Shown here in pieces: positions 1 to 11,100 of a stretch of 64,000 bases of DNA (position 1 is its first letter; every line of letters starts with the position of its first letter). A model generated the notes under the pieces. It searched no databases, had not been told where the DNA came from, and saw nothing but the letters and a program-made list of their open reading frames with translations. The position numbers and the translations under genes were made by a program. The stretch lies in NCBI GenBank assembly GCA_049322675.1, contig JBMORM010000009.1:92995-156994 (forward strand), given 5' to 3'. Origin of the DNA: Patescibacteria group bacterium (GTDB taxonomy: Bacteria > Patescibacteriota > JAHJAL01).

Positions 1-999
1 GCGAAATAAAATTGGTAAGAGTTGATAAAACCCCGGTAGTACACCAAAATAATTTAGACTGGAGGCGAATTTTAGGACCATTTCGTGCTTTCTTTTTATT
101 TTTAAAATATCTTTGATCCGAGGACAGGTATAATTTGGGTCGATAATTTTTTTGGCTACTTCCTGACCGGAAATTATCCCAAAATATATTCCTTCACCAG
201 TCAATCCGGAAGCAAAACCGGCAGCGTCACCGATCAAGAAATTTTCGCCGAAATCAAATCCGTGATAATCATAATTGATGATACTTCCCTGAAGTTCGCA
301 GCTGGTAATATCAATATTGTTTTCAGCTAACCAAATTTGGAAGTTTTTTAGTAAATTATTATTTTTGGTTAGTTCGGAAATAATTCGACCGCAACCGATC
401 GATGTATAGTTTTTATGCGGGAAAATCCAGGCGTAGCCGGAACCGAAAAGATTGGCATCAAAGTAAAGTTCCATTTTTTTGTATTTGGCGGGAAGAAGAT
501 ATTGAATCCCCGTCAGGTATTTTTTTGTATTCAATCCGAGGATTTTTCTAACCAGAGAAAGACTGCCGTCAGCGCCAATTAGATACTTAAAATAAATTTT
601 TTTCTCTTTGGTTTGTAAAAAATTTTTTTTAATTCCCAATACCGGACTATTTTTGAGAATAGCGATTTTTTTGGAGATTTTTTTTAATAATATTTGTCCC
701 AGTCGTCCTCGATCGATCGTCCCGACAAATGGCTGGGATTGAGAAATTGCAAATTGGCAATCGGGAACAGCAATATTCACTGAATTAAATAATCGATCAG
801 CTTCTTGCAAGCCATGATTTAGTTCAGAAATTTTGTGAGTCAGACCGCCGGCACAAACTTTTGGACCGATGATTTTGTTTTTTTCCAAGATGACTACTTT
901 GAGATTGCTTTTTTGTAATTCCAATGCGCAGCTCAAGCCGGCCGGCCCGGCGCCGACAATAGCCACGTCAAATCTTTCAGTTTTAGTTTTTATTGCCAA
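1..999 (-). CDS. FAD-dependent oxidoreductase, geranylgeranyl reductase family (C-terminus runs off window start)
   Basis: Minus-strand translation gives an N-terminal Rossmann motif DVAIVGAGPAGLSCALEL, then GADG and a GDAAGF-type FAD signature. No ATG is present at the start; a TTG at 999 is likely. Not listed in the ORF track because the gene is partial. Confidence 0.55.
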   Translation of the reverse strand, partial: MAIKTKTERFDVAIVGAGPAGLSCALELQKSNLKVVILEKNKIIGPKVCAGGLTHKISELNHGLQEADRLFNSVNIAVPDCQFAISQSQPFVGTIDRGRLGQILLKKISKKIAILKNSPVLGIKKNFLQTKEKKIYFKYLIGADGSLSLVRKILGLNTKKYLTGIQYLLPAKYKKMELYFDANLFGSGYAWIFPHKNYTSIGCGRIISELTKNNNLLKNFQIWLAENNIDITSCELQGSIINYDYHGFDFGENFLIGDAAGFASGLTGEGIYFGIISGQEVAKKIIDPNYTCPRIKDILKIKRKHEMVLKFASSLNYFGVLPGFYQLLPILFR

Positions 1000-1319
1000 G
1001 TTCGGTTTTTGTTTATTTCTTCTTTTTCCCGGAAAGATTTTTCCAGATCAATATCGAAAAGATTGCATATTTGCAACAAATACATTAAGACATCCGCGGC
1101 CTCGTGTCCGAGATCGTATTTGAGAGAATTTTGGTCAGTGTGAATATTGGTCGTCTTTCTGGCTGCTTTGGCTAGTTCACCACATTCTTCCAGAAAAAGC
1201 ATAAATACTTCCGGAGTAGTTTCTTTTTCAAACCCACGTTCAATTATCATATCTGAGACATACTTTTGAAAATCCTTGAGAGTTGGATTATTTTTTAATT
1301 GTAATTTACTTTCTGCCAT
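990..1319 (-). CDS. MazG-like nucleoside triphosphate pyrophosphohydrolase domain protein
   Basis: 109-aa ORF with EECGELAKA and HEAADVLMYLLQ motifs typical of the MazG/NTP-PPase all-alpha fold. It overlaps the start of the upstream oxidoreductase by a few nt. Confidence 0.5.
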   Translation of the reverse strand: MAESKLQLKNNPTLKDFQKYVSDMIIERGFEKETTPEVFMLFLEECGELAKAARKTTNIHTDQNSLKYDLGHEAADVLMYLLQICNLFDIDLEKSFREKEEINKNRTWQ

Positions 1320-1320
1320 T

Positions 1321-1380
1321 GAAAATTGATTATTGGAGATTTATTGGAAATTGAGAATTGAAAATTGGAAATTGAATGAA
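1321..1380. repeat. Copy of GGAAATTGGAAA/TTGAAAATTG short repeat family
   Basis: gaaaattgattattggagatttattggaaattgagaattgaaaattggaaattgaa. The same motif clusters recur at 1690-1760, 1905-1930, 26581-26665, 29990-30120 and 35531-35565. Confidence 0.5.
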
Positions 1381-1381
1381 G

Positions 1382-1465
1382 TGCCCTCCAGAGGATTCGA
1401 ACCTCCACAGCCTTGCGGCCACTAGCTCCTGAAGCTAGCGCGTCTACCAATTCCGCCAGGAGGGC
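1382..1465 (-). tRNA. tRNA-Leu (anticodon CAG), no encoded CCA
   Basis: Reverse complement is GCCCTCCTGGCGGAATTGGTAGACGCGCTAGCTTCAGGAGCTAG...GGTTCGAATCC...GGAGGGCA. The D-arm and anticodon arm are near-identical to E. coli tRNA-Leu(CAG). It has a long variable arm, the anticodon loop TTCAGGA and a 7-bp acceptor stem. Confidence 0.85.
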
Positions 1466-1473
1466 AGATTGTA

Positions 1474-1581
1474 GCTAAAAACTTAAAATCAAATTTTTCT
1501 CATGATAACGCTGCGAAGGACGGGATAAGAACCTTTTTAACGCTCGGATCATTCGTAAAAATTTGATTTTAAGTTTTTAGC
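1474..1581. repeat. 108-bp palindromic element: 25-bp perfect inverted repeat arms (1474-1498 / 1557-1581) around a 58-nt loop
   Basis: agctaaaaacttaaaatcaaattttt ... aaaaatttgattttaagtttttagc are exact reverse complements over 25 bp. The element lies in the spacer between tRNA-Gly and tRNA-Leu. Confidence 0.6.
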
Positions 1582-1611
1582 ATGTTTGATTGTTTATGTG
1601 AAAAGTGAAAA

Positions 1612-1682
1612 AGCGGGCGATGGGAATCGGACCCACGCTTCAACCTTGGGAAGGTCGCGTACTGCCACTATACTACGCCCGC
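1612..1682 (-). tRNA. tRNA-Gly (anticodon CCC), no encoded CCA
   Basis: Reverse complement is GCGGGCGTAGTATAGTGGCAGTACGCGACCTTCCCAAGGTTGAAGCGTGGGTCCGATTCCCATCGCCCGCT. The acceptor GCGGGCG/CGCCCGC pairs, the anticodon stem is CGACC/GGTTG, the loop is TTCCCAA and a T-arm is present. Confidence 0.85.
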
Positions 1683-1689
1683 TCGTCGA

Positions 1690-1760
1690 GACAAAATTGT
1701 AAAATGATCAATTTCCAATTTCCAGTTTCCAAAAAATTTCCAATGTTCAATTTTCAATAG
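1690..1760. repeat. Copy of GGAAATTGGAAA short repeat family, immediately upstream of tRNA-Gly on the minus strand
   Basis: The minus-strand reading tattgaaaattgaacattggaaattttttggaaactggaaattggaaattgatcatttt shares about 36 near-identical nt with the copies at 26581-26665 and 30060-30120. Confidence 0.5.
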
Positions 1761-2049
1761 CTAATGAAACGTGTCATCCTGGAACTGGAAGGTAATCCGT
1801 TCCAATATCCAGGATCCATTTCCTTATTCTAATACATTTTTTTTCTTTCTGGATCCTGGATGTCGAAGTGCGATTACGCTTTCGGCTCCAGGATGACATC
1901 TTTTTGTTTGGAAATTGGAAATTTGACGTGATTTGTCAACATCAGTTTGATCCTCGTGAGGGAAAAAATTATAAATTGCAAATTGAACTGGATATTGTTA
2001 TATTGAATTTATCACGATGAGAGGCCGCACCTAAGGTTTCGTCCGAAGG

Positions 2050-2595
2050 TCAATGCTTCTCTCGTTTTTTTTGTGCTTTTATCTTACGTTTACCTTTAAA
2101 ATGCAGGTTATTTTTGTAGCCCAATTTCTTTTTCAAACTATTTAAAAAAGAAATTTTTGTCATGTGTTTGCGGTATAAAGACGAGTATCTTTTTCGGTTG
2201 GGAATAAGTAAATGCGCCAGCTTGCCTTGTTCTTCCAGGTATTCGATCAAACAATGAAAATCACCGTCACCACTAATAATAATTGCCTGATGATAATTTT
2301 GGTATTCGATCATGGCATGAAGTACCAGTTCAGCATCGACATTACCTTTGACTGTATCGTTTGGCAGCTCGAGAGTTGGTTTGAAAATAAGAATGTATCC
2401 AAATTGTTGTAAAGAAGAATACAGGCTTTCATTTCCCGGAACATAACCGATAAATAAAAATGCTTTGACGGCGTGGTATTTGTCTGATAAATATTTTCGG
2501 AATCTTTTGAAATCGAGCACCCATCCTTGACTACGGATGGATAAATTTAAATTTTGACTATCAATGAAAGCGTAATTTTGGATTTTTTTGCGCAT
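2050..2595 (-). CDS. NYN domain (LabA-like) protein
   Basis: 181 aa. N-terminal AFIDSQNL...VLDF and ISGDGDF motifs are characteristic of the NYN/LabA PIN-like nuclease fold. The tail is basic and K-rich. Confidence 0.55.
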   Translation of the reverse strand: MRKKIQNYAFIDSQNLNLSIRSQGWVLDFKRFRKYLSDKYHAVKAFLFIGYVPGNESLYSSLQQFGYILIFKPTLELPNDTVKGNVDAELVLHAMIEYQNYHQAIIISGDGDFHCLIEYLEEQGKLAHLLIPNRKRYSSLYRKHMTKISFLNSLKKKLGYKNNLHFKGKRKIKAQKKREKH

Positions 2596-2600
2596 CGAAT

Positions 2601-2978
2601 TTATTTATTTTGCCATAAGCCATGTAAATTGCAGTAGATGCGAGCAGACAAGGTAGATGCGGTAGTTGTAAAAGCGGCTTGTGGTAGTTGCCCCGGTTTT
2701 AGAAATTGGATGAAAATCTGGCCATCGGCGATTAGTTCAATCCATTCGATAAAGTGTGCGTCTTCCATAGGATGAGGCTCTGAGCCGACTTTAACGATGA
2801 CTTGATCCTCTTTTTTTTCTATGACCGGAACATGTTTTTCCAGACTGGCATCGACAGTATTGGCTTGAAGTAACTCCATGTTTTGACCGCAACAAACCAA
2901 AGTGCCTCCCCCCGAATGCATTACAGTTACAATATTGCCGCAAACGTGACATTTGTAAATTCCTTGTAGCTGAGCCAT
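2601..2978 (-). CDS. dfx: Desulfoferrodoxin (2Fe superoxide reductase)
   Basis: 125 aa. The N-terminal desulforedoxin-like site is YKCHVCGNIV...LVCCGQ. The C-terminal SOR centre II has the EKHVP signature, HPMEDAH and CNLHG ligands. Confidence 0.8.
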   Translation of the reverse strand: MAQLQGIYKCHVCGNIVTVMHSGGGTLVCCGQNMELLQANTVDASLEKHVPVIEKKEDQVIVKVGSEPHPMEDAHFIEWIELIADGQIFIQFLKPGQLPQAAFTTTASTLSARIYCNLHGLWQNK

Positions 2979-2993
2979 AGATACTCCAAAATA

Positions 2994-3581
2994 TTAATAG
3001 TTTTCCGATAGTAATTGATAATAACCTTGCTCATGATCGCAAGAAGGACATTTGACCGGCGGAGTCTTGCCTTTGTGGATATAGCCGCATTCTCGGCAAA
3101 CCCATTGGACTTCTTGTTCTTTAACAAAAAGAGAATTGCTTCTAAGTTGAACGATCAATTTTTGATAACGTTCTTCATGGTGTTTTTCTGCTGCGGCGAT
3201 TGCGAGGAGTCTGGAAGCAACTGCAGGCAAACCATCGGCTTCGGCAGTTTGAGCAAATTCCGGATACATGGTGCTGCATTCATATTTCTCCCCGGTGGCG
3301 GCTGCTTGAAGATTATCCAATGTATCGCTTAACACATTGAAAGGCATTTCCGCTTCGACCTTGATCTCGTCAGGGGGCAGATTATTGGTTTTTTTTATTT
3401 CACCAATCATTTTTATCAATTGGGCGGCGTGTTCTCGTTCGTTGTCGGCAGTTTCCAAAAATAAGGCCGAGATTTGTTCGTATCCTTCTTTTTTAGCTAT
3501 CTTGGCATACGAGGTATAGCGGTTGCGCGCTTGACTTTCCCCGATATAAGCCTTGGCTAGGTTTTCCAATGTTTTTTGCAT
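2994..3581 (-). CDS. rbr: Rubrerythrin
   Basis: 195 aa. The ferritin-like diiron domain shows AYIGESQARNRY and EREHAAQL. The C-terminal rubredoxin-like domain has WVCRECGY...CPSCDH (CxxC...CxxC). Confidence 0.8.
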   Translation of the reverse strand: MQKTLENLAKAYIGESQARNRYTSYAKIAKKEGYEQISALFLETADNEREHAAQLIKMIGEIKKTNNLPPDEIKVEAEMPFNVLSDTLDNLQAAATGEKYECSTMYPEFAQTAEADGLPAVASRLLAIAAAEKHHEERYQKLIVQLRSNSLFVKEQEVQWVCRECGYIHKGKTPPVKCPSCDHEQGYYQLLSENY

Positions 3582-3702
3582 AAAAATTTTCCAGTTAAAG
3601 ATACTTGATTATATTTTAACTTTTTTCTGAAATAAATTAAAGCTGGCCGACGTATTAATAAGTGATACAATACAAAAAGATAACGATATCTACTCATTTT
3701 TT

Positions 3703-4296
3703 ATGATAAATAGTCTTTCAGAAAAATCTGATCAAGAATTGGTTTCTTTGACGCTGGTGGATCAAAATAATTTTGGTTATCTGATAGAGAGATATGAACA
3801 GAAACTTCTTCGTTATATCAGACGTTTGTCGAATATCAATATGGAAACAGCAGAAGATATTTTGCAGGAGACCTTTATTAAAGTATATAAAAATCTTAAT
3901 GGTTATGATCAAAGTATGAAATTTTCCAGTTGGATTTACCGAATCGCTCACAATGAGGTGATCAATTATTTTCGTAAGAATAAAAATATGGGGACAATGA
4001 TTAGTTTGGATGAAGAAAATGGCTTGATCAATATTTTGACCAGTGCGGAAAAAACGGAAAAAAATGCTATTGATGGCGAGTTGAATAAAAAAATGACTAA
4101 AGTTTTAAATATGTTGGATGACAAATACAAAGATATTTTGATCTTGAAATACTTGGAAGAGAAAGATTATCAGGAGATTAGTGATATTTTGCAAATCCCT
4201 ACCAATACCGTCGGCACTCTGATTCATCGAGGCAAGGCTGAATTGAAGAAACTGGCGATGGCAAACAAACTGGATTCTTTTTTAAATATTGAGTAA
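3703..4296 (+). CDS. ECF-family RNA polymerase sigma factor (sigma-70 regions 2 and 4)
   Basis: 197 aa. The region 2 motif is SSWIYRIAHNEVINYFRK. The region 4 helix-turn-helix is DILQIPTNTVGTLIHRGKAELKK. Confidence 0.7.
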   Translation: MINSLSEKSDQELVSLTLVDQNNFGYLIERYEQKLLRYIRRLSNINMETAEDILQETFIKVYKNLNGYDQSMKFSSWIYRIAHNEVINYFRKNKNMGTMISLDEENGLINILTSAEKTEKNAIDGELNKKMTKVLNMLDDKYKDILILKYLEEKDYQEISDILQIPTNTVGTLIHRGKAELKKLAMANKLDSFLNIE

Positions 4297-5059
4297 ATAT
4301 ATGAACACAAAAATCAGCGACAAGGTGTTGGAAAAAATAAAGGACGACAAAATAAAACCGATTCCTAGATGGTGGTATGTGTTGAAAAATACTTTGATCT
4401 GGTTGTTGTTGATTGTCCTATTGCTTTTGGGGGCGGCCATGACCAGTCTGTCTTTGGGAGATATTATCGATGGTGATTGGGATATTCGGCCAATGATGGG
4501 AGTTCATCTTTTGACATTTATTTTTATGACTTTTCCCTTTACCTGGGTAGCGTTGGGTTTAGTCATTATCTTTTTGGCTTATTATGATTTTAAATACTTA
4601 CCAAAGAGTTATAAAATCGGTGGGCAAAAATATTTGATCATAATCATTTCGATAGTTTTGGCTTCAGGATTGGGTATGTACTATATCGGCGGCCATAATC
4701 CCGTCAAAAGGTTACTGAGCAACTTTGCCCCGGTTAATGATTGGGAAAAGCAGAAAGATATGCGATGGATGAATCCCGGTCAAGGTTTATTGGCTGGTAA
4801 AATTGTCGAGGTAAACAACGAGGACTCTTTTGTGCTTCAAGATATTTTATTGAATCAGCAATGGACGATTGACATTTCGCAAGCAAAAATTGCCGAAAGC
4901 GTGAATATTGCGAAGGATGAGAAAATAAAAATGATCGGTGAAATGAAAGAGGGAAATAATTTTGTCGCTAAAGACGTACGGCCTTGGCAAAAGGGAAAAG
5001 ATAAATTTCTTCCCCCTCCCCCACCCCCGATTTTTGATGACGAAAAGCCAAAGAATTAA
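4289..5059 (+). CDS. Membrane protein, possible anti-sigma factor partner (polyproline C-terminus)
   Basis: 256 aa. It overlaps the sigma factor gene by ATGA, has several predicted TM helices and carries a PPPPPPPIFDDEK tail. Assignment as an anti-sigma factor is by position only. Confidence 0.35.
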   Translation: MSKYMNTKISDKVLEKIKDDKIKPIPRWWYVLKNTLIWLLLIVLLLLGAAMTSLSLGDIIDGDWDIRPMMGVHLLTFIFMTFPFTWVALGLVIIFLAYYDFKYLPKSYKIGGQKYLIIIISIVLASGLGMYYIGGHNPVKRLLSNFAPVNDWEKQKDMRWMNPGQGLLAGKIVEVNNEDSFVLQDILLNQQWTIDISQAKIAESVNIAKDEKIKMIGEMKEGNNFVAKDVRPWQKGKDKFLPPPPPPIFDDEKPKN

Positions 5060-5109
5060 TTGCAATAAAAATATTTGTAAAAGAGTTATCTACTAAAGTA
5101 AATAACATA

Positions 5110-5146
5110 AAAAAAACCATCGTGATTGCACGATGGTTTTTTTATT
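5110..5146. terminator. Bidirectional rho-independent terminator between convergent genes
   Basis: aaaaaaaCCATCGTGattgCACGATGGttttttttt: a 10-bp stem and 4-nt loop, flanked by an A-run and a T-run. Confidence 0.7.
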
Positions 5147-5172
5147 TAGACTGCGGGATGTCTTTGGGTATG

Positions 5173-8100
5173 TTAGTAGGTCGCGGTACAGATATATATT
5201 ATTTCGGTTTGATAAAAACCAGCCGATTGTAAATCAGTGATTTCGATTTGGTAGCCGACACGCGCTTGACCATTGATATCATTGGTGCCGGAGGTAGGAC
5301 CATGGTGATACATTACTTCTGCCGGGGCGGCGGCCAGACCAGCCCATTTGTTGGAAATAAATCTGTTTTGAACACCATTGCTTAGCATACTGTCATTGGT
5401 TGTATAACCCCAATAACCTTTTTGGCCTTCTGTGGGTTCTGTCCATTCAATCGGATTGGTATTGCTTCCGCTATAATTGTTGATCGTGTCGTTGTTACTT
5501 GATAGTGTATGTGATTGCTGAACCGTAACCACAAATCCGTCTGCTGCGTTTTGTTCGACCAAAAGATCGTGAGCGGCAACTTTTGATGAATTTGGTTCGA
5601 GTACGCCAAAATTGATTGAAGTATTAGTGGTAGGAATTGTGGTTAGAGATCCATTTACTGATTGATCTGCTTCAACACCAGAAACAGTAAATGTTAGCAA
5701 CGAAGGAATCGAGGCAGTAACCATCACGCCACCGGTGATGGCAACACGAGTTTGATGCATCATAACTGGATCGCCGCTACCATCAGTGCTTTCATAGCCA
5801 AAGAGTAAAACCAGATACGAATCAATATTGGCTGGATTTTGAACTAGATGGTCGTTGCCAATAACGATGGTAATCAAACCATTGCTTCCTCCAACCAAAG
5901 TGCCGGTAAATGGCAAGACAACGGTGTTTTGATCGGTATCAACGGTTGGCGTTCCCCAATCGACTCCACCGCCATTGACGATAATATCAGTGCTGGTCAC
6001 ACTGGAAAAATCAAATTCGGGATCAAGAGCAACTTTGAGACTGCCGTCAGTAATATCGGTATCACCGGTAATGTTGTAATGTATAGTATGTTTGCTATAT
6101 TCTTCGGCGATGGAATCCGACAAAACGTCGTTTAATGAAGCATCAATAATACTAATAGTGTCACTGGCATAATCAACGTTGTCTCCGCTACCGTCGGTTG
6201 AGGTATGAGATGTTAGATAAACCGGGTAGTCACCCAGGTCAGCTGGATTATTGATAAAATTGGTTTCACCGAGGGAAATTTCGACGGCGTCGTCACTACT
6301 ATCCAAGGATCCGCTGAAAGGAATAACGATGGTGTTTTCGATAGTATTAACGATAGCCGAGCTCCAAATAACGTCTCCTCCGGTTATCCCAATATCACTT
6401 GAGTTTAAACCAACCAAGTTGAATTGAGGAGCAAAGGTGATTTTCAAGCTGCCGTCAGTAATAATTTGTGATTGACGAATGTCATAGCGGAGAATATGAC
6501 GAGTGGGGGAAGATACTTGTGGGGAGACGATGGCATCATTGAGAGTACTATCGGTGTTGGTATCGGTCGGAGAGAAGGAGCCAAGAATTTGAACAGGGGC
6601 CTGGCCGTTGAGAGGATAGGGCCAACGATAACTACTGAAGGTAAATGGTTTGGTGGTGACACCGGAAAGGCTTCCACTGCAGTTGGAAGCATTGGAACCG
6701 CTGACGATTCTTTTGTTGTTGATTGTCGTCCCGGTGCTGCAAGTATTTAAACCGCTACTCAAAGTCTCTTGAAGATTATTGAGACTTTCATCGATAGTGA
6801 TTGTTTCTCCTAGACTACAGCGAGCCAGACTTTGATAAGCTAAAGTATCTCCGTTGTTGTTTAGCGTCATGCTGGCGGGATTGTAGGTGATTGATTGTGG
6901 AATTGAGCAAGTAAAAGTTTGAGTCAGGGTAGCCGGCGTACCATAATTGTCATCAGCATCGATACTAAAAACTCGGTAATTGATCTGATGACCATTGGCC
7001 TTGTAAACATCAATTTCAGCGTCAATATTGGTGTCGGTAGTGGTACCAATATCAATCCAGGCCGGCTCACCACCAACCGGATTGTAGTCGTAATAGTAAT
7101 AACCGTCGATTTTAAAAATGGCCGGACCAGCTCCCATGTCTAAGTCGCCTTGGATATATACCGTGTCGCCTTCGATTGGTAGGGTAAGTTTGTGATAATA
7201 AGATTGATAGGCTTCACTGCCTATGACATACTCCAAATCTCTAGCAAGGGAATCAACCACATATCCTTCTTTGTCCACAAAGATTACACCTTGGTAGTAT
7301 TGATAGTCATAAACTTCGTGTGCATTTTGAACACTAGTTAGATCCAATTCAATAGCATAAGCACCAGGGTGCGATATCTCCCAATCTATTTGAGTATCAC
7401 CGGTCGTTTCCGCGGGGAAACCTGGAGTGGCTAGATCATAATCCACCCAGTGTTTATAGCGATAATAGTATTGAGCCTTGTAGCGGCTAGCTCCGGTTAC
7501 TGTATCCCAGGACAGATGAGGAGTAATAACTCGAATACCACAGGCCGGACAGGTATCGTTGACGCTTAGATTGGTTGGCGCCGCAGGCATGGTTGAACAA
7601 TTGACGGTAATGGTTGCAGGATTGTAAGAATATATTTCTTTATAGCGACGATTTTCCAAAAAATAACTTGTAGTTGATTCATAACCACCGATTTTTGGCG
7701 CATAAGTATAGGTTTGTCCATCGATGACATTTTCGTCAATTATTGTCTGGTATTCATTGGCTTGTCGTTGGTAATAACCCATACCGGTATCAACTCTGCT
7801 TTCAAAACGATCGATAGCAAAATAAACTGGGGAACTATAATAAATCCAAGAACCTTCATATTCGCTATAGTAAGGAAAAGTGGTAGTAAAATTATAAACC
7901 ACTTTAATCGTATCTCCAGGAGCTGTCATAGAGTAACAAATATCATCCCAGGCCCCACCGATTAAATTGTCATTTTTGTCATAAAATTCCACAGAGGCGC
8001 CATAAGCCAAACGTGAAGCAGAAATGTGAGCCCTAACTTCGGCAGCACCAGGTTTGGTATATATCCAGGTTTGAGTCACGTTGGTCGGAGAGGCGGCCGG

Positions 8101-11100
8101 ATAATTGGGAGACATGACAGTAGTAGTCAGATCTTGTTCCCAGGTGCTGGTAGTGCCGGAAAATTTTTCTAACCACAAGGGAGAACTTGAACCAGTGTCG
8201 CGACCGGGTACGACAATGTTTACCTTGGGATTACTTGTATCCGAACAATCAGCAAAAGCGTAAGAAATAGTATTGTCTCCCGTGGGACAGGTGCCGGATA
8301 CGGTAACAATATTGCTAGTAGCCAATGGTCGCCATTGATCATCAACCGCCCAAACTATATATTTTCTATTAACTGAATCTAGTAGGTCAACAGAATAAGA
8401 TAATTGATCATCTACATAAGAAAAAGCATAATAACTCTCATAACTACTATCATATTGCGGAATAAGGACAACATATCCACTTGCACCTTCAATAGCATTC
8501 CAGGAAAGATTTACTTTTCCGGCTTGACGATTGTACAAAGCATCATATTCGCTACAATCCCAATTGCCACTAAGGGTCAAGTTGTCATTGAGTACATTTA
8601 CATCGGCTGTACCGGATAGAGCACCGTAACCCTCAAAGTTGTTGACAGTAGCCGTCATGGTGCCGCTGCAAGGCGGCATTCCTTCGGCACTATTGGCGTC
8701 GTCCCATTCGACTCGATTGATATGAAAACCAAAATATCCCTCGCGATCAACCGTTGCGTTAAAAGTAATATTAATGGTAGATCCATTGACTATATTACTA
8801 TAAAAAGGAGCGAAGCCGTCATGAGTGGACTGATCTACTCCATTTACTTTTACATTGTCCGGCCAAAGGACATAGTAATCAAAATATACACGCATGCGAG
8901 TTGCACCGGGTTTATTGATGGTATAACTAACCGAATCTCCGGCATTCCAGCCGGTGACCAAATCAGGATAGTTTGGTGAGGACAAGTCGATTTCCTCTGA
9001 ATTGGTGCCAAAGAAATAACCACTGTTGTCTGTGAGAACGATGCTGGAGCTGGCAGAACGAATATCGTTAGAATTGCCAACCGAAATGTTGCTGCGACAT
9101 GACAACAAATTACTGTCGAAAGTAATATTGCCTAGGCCACCACTGCCCGTAAAGAAATAATTTGGAACATTGTATTTTTTGCCGGTATTGTCCAAATAAT
9201 ATTCGTCACCACAGGTAACATAGGTAGTGACTGGAGCCGAAGAGCCGAGATTCATCATACTTACCGGATTGGGATTGATTTCTAAACCGTCCGGCCGGCC
9301 GCAAGGACCAAAAGATTGAGTAGCATAAATGTAATTTGGCGCGCAATTTTGTCCGTCACATGTTTTTGCTCTAAAATAAATTGTCTGTCCACCAAGGGTA
9401 GCTTTGGGTGGAGTCCAGGTCACAGAATTACTATTGGTCGTGTTGATGGTCTGCCATCCTGAACTATCTTGCGTCCAACGGTAATAATCTATCTTGAAAC
9501 GTCGAGCCAACGCCTCGTCAAAAAGCCGGCAATTTGCAGTATTGGCATTGTCGGGATACGAAGTTGCCTCGTGCTTGATGTAAGCTACTGATGTAAGACG
9601 AAGTTTGACTGTATCGCCATTGACGGTATAGACATTGGGACAACCATCCACATTGCAGGTATGCAAAACATTATCGCTTGCATCCATTATTTGTAGTCTA
9701 TCTTGCGGATAATTGCCGACTCCGGAAGAAAATTCATAATATCCACATTGGTCATAATCCCATTTGAATTCATCAAAATGAATTTGGATCTGCGAAGCAC
9801 CGGCTTTTTGAATAGTCCAGTCATAGGTATTATCTGAATTGGGCCAAATATATGGGTAATTTGGCGAGGAAATGTCAATTGGTTCGGAATTCCAGTTGTA
9901 GGTATTGTTGTTGTTTTCGTAAATGTCGCGAATCTCATCCTTGCTTAAAGCGCGATCATAGACTCGCAAATAATCATATTTTCCCTGAGCATATTGGTCT
10001 GTTCCCCAGCCGGTGCGACCAAGATATATCGGCATTAGACCGGTGTTGGACAAATCAATATCGGCCGGTCCGCTGCATACTGTCTGACCATCGATATAAA
10101 AGTCAATTTGGTTATTGCTGCGATCATAGCTGACGGCATATTGTTGCCAATTGTGAAGCAAAGGGGTGTAAGCGCAGGAAGTATGATCGGATTCACTACC
10201 AAAAACAAGACCTTGGTTTTCATCCAGGCCAAATTGCCAGAAATTGTCACGAGCAAAAATTGGGAAATATCCTCCAGCCATTTGATCTATTTTGGCCATA
10301 GTTTCGATGGTAACTTGATCGTTGTTTTCAATATCTTGCATAATCGCTCCACCACCGGTTTGATAGCGATAACTGTCAATTTGCCAACCAGTATCATTGT
10401 CACTATCGTTGGTTATGAATTTTAGTTTGATGGTATCGGTCAAAAAATATGGGGTATCGAAAGATCCTAAATTTCCGCTGTATTCTGCCAACAAATTATC
10501 ACTATTGTCCAAAATTTGTAGATAATCATTTTCATCAAAAGTATTGAAGACGGAAAAATGCAAAGAAATATTATTAGCTCCAGGTTGAGTAATAGTTTGA
10601 GTTTGATCGGTATTGGAATCGTAGTTGTAGGGATAGTTGGACGAATATATTCCTTGTTGGTTTAAAACATTATAACTATTTAATAGCCAACCTCTTCCTC
10701 CTCCACATTGACGCAACATGCGGATTTTGGCTGTTTCGCCTCCCACTACTACGTCAAATGAAGGCATGTTCCAGCCTCGGTACGTCCCCACTACATTATT
10801 GCTCGTGTCCAACACCTGAACATAGTCGCAGCTGGGATCATCATTGACATCAAAATCAGCGAAATGAAGATTGAGATAATCGGCCCCAACACTATTTATT
10901 GTCCATATTTTTGGAGCATAATAACGATATTTATCTATCTTGAAACCACTCTGATTAGTGTCGCCATCGGTTAACAATCTGATTTTGAGCTTGGGGATTC
11001 CACTATATAAATCTGTCCAAAATGACCCTAGTTCTCCGTTGAGACTGGTCAATAAATTGTCATCGCCATCGTATATTTCCAAAGAATCTGATCCATCCAA

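Noticed and set aside
869-1123. 84-aa plus-strand ORF
   Set aside because: It is antisense to the GxGxxG Rossmann motif region of the minus-strand FAD oxidoreductase and to the MazG-like gene.
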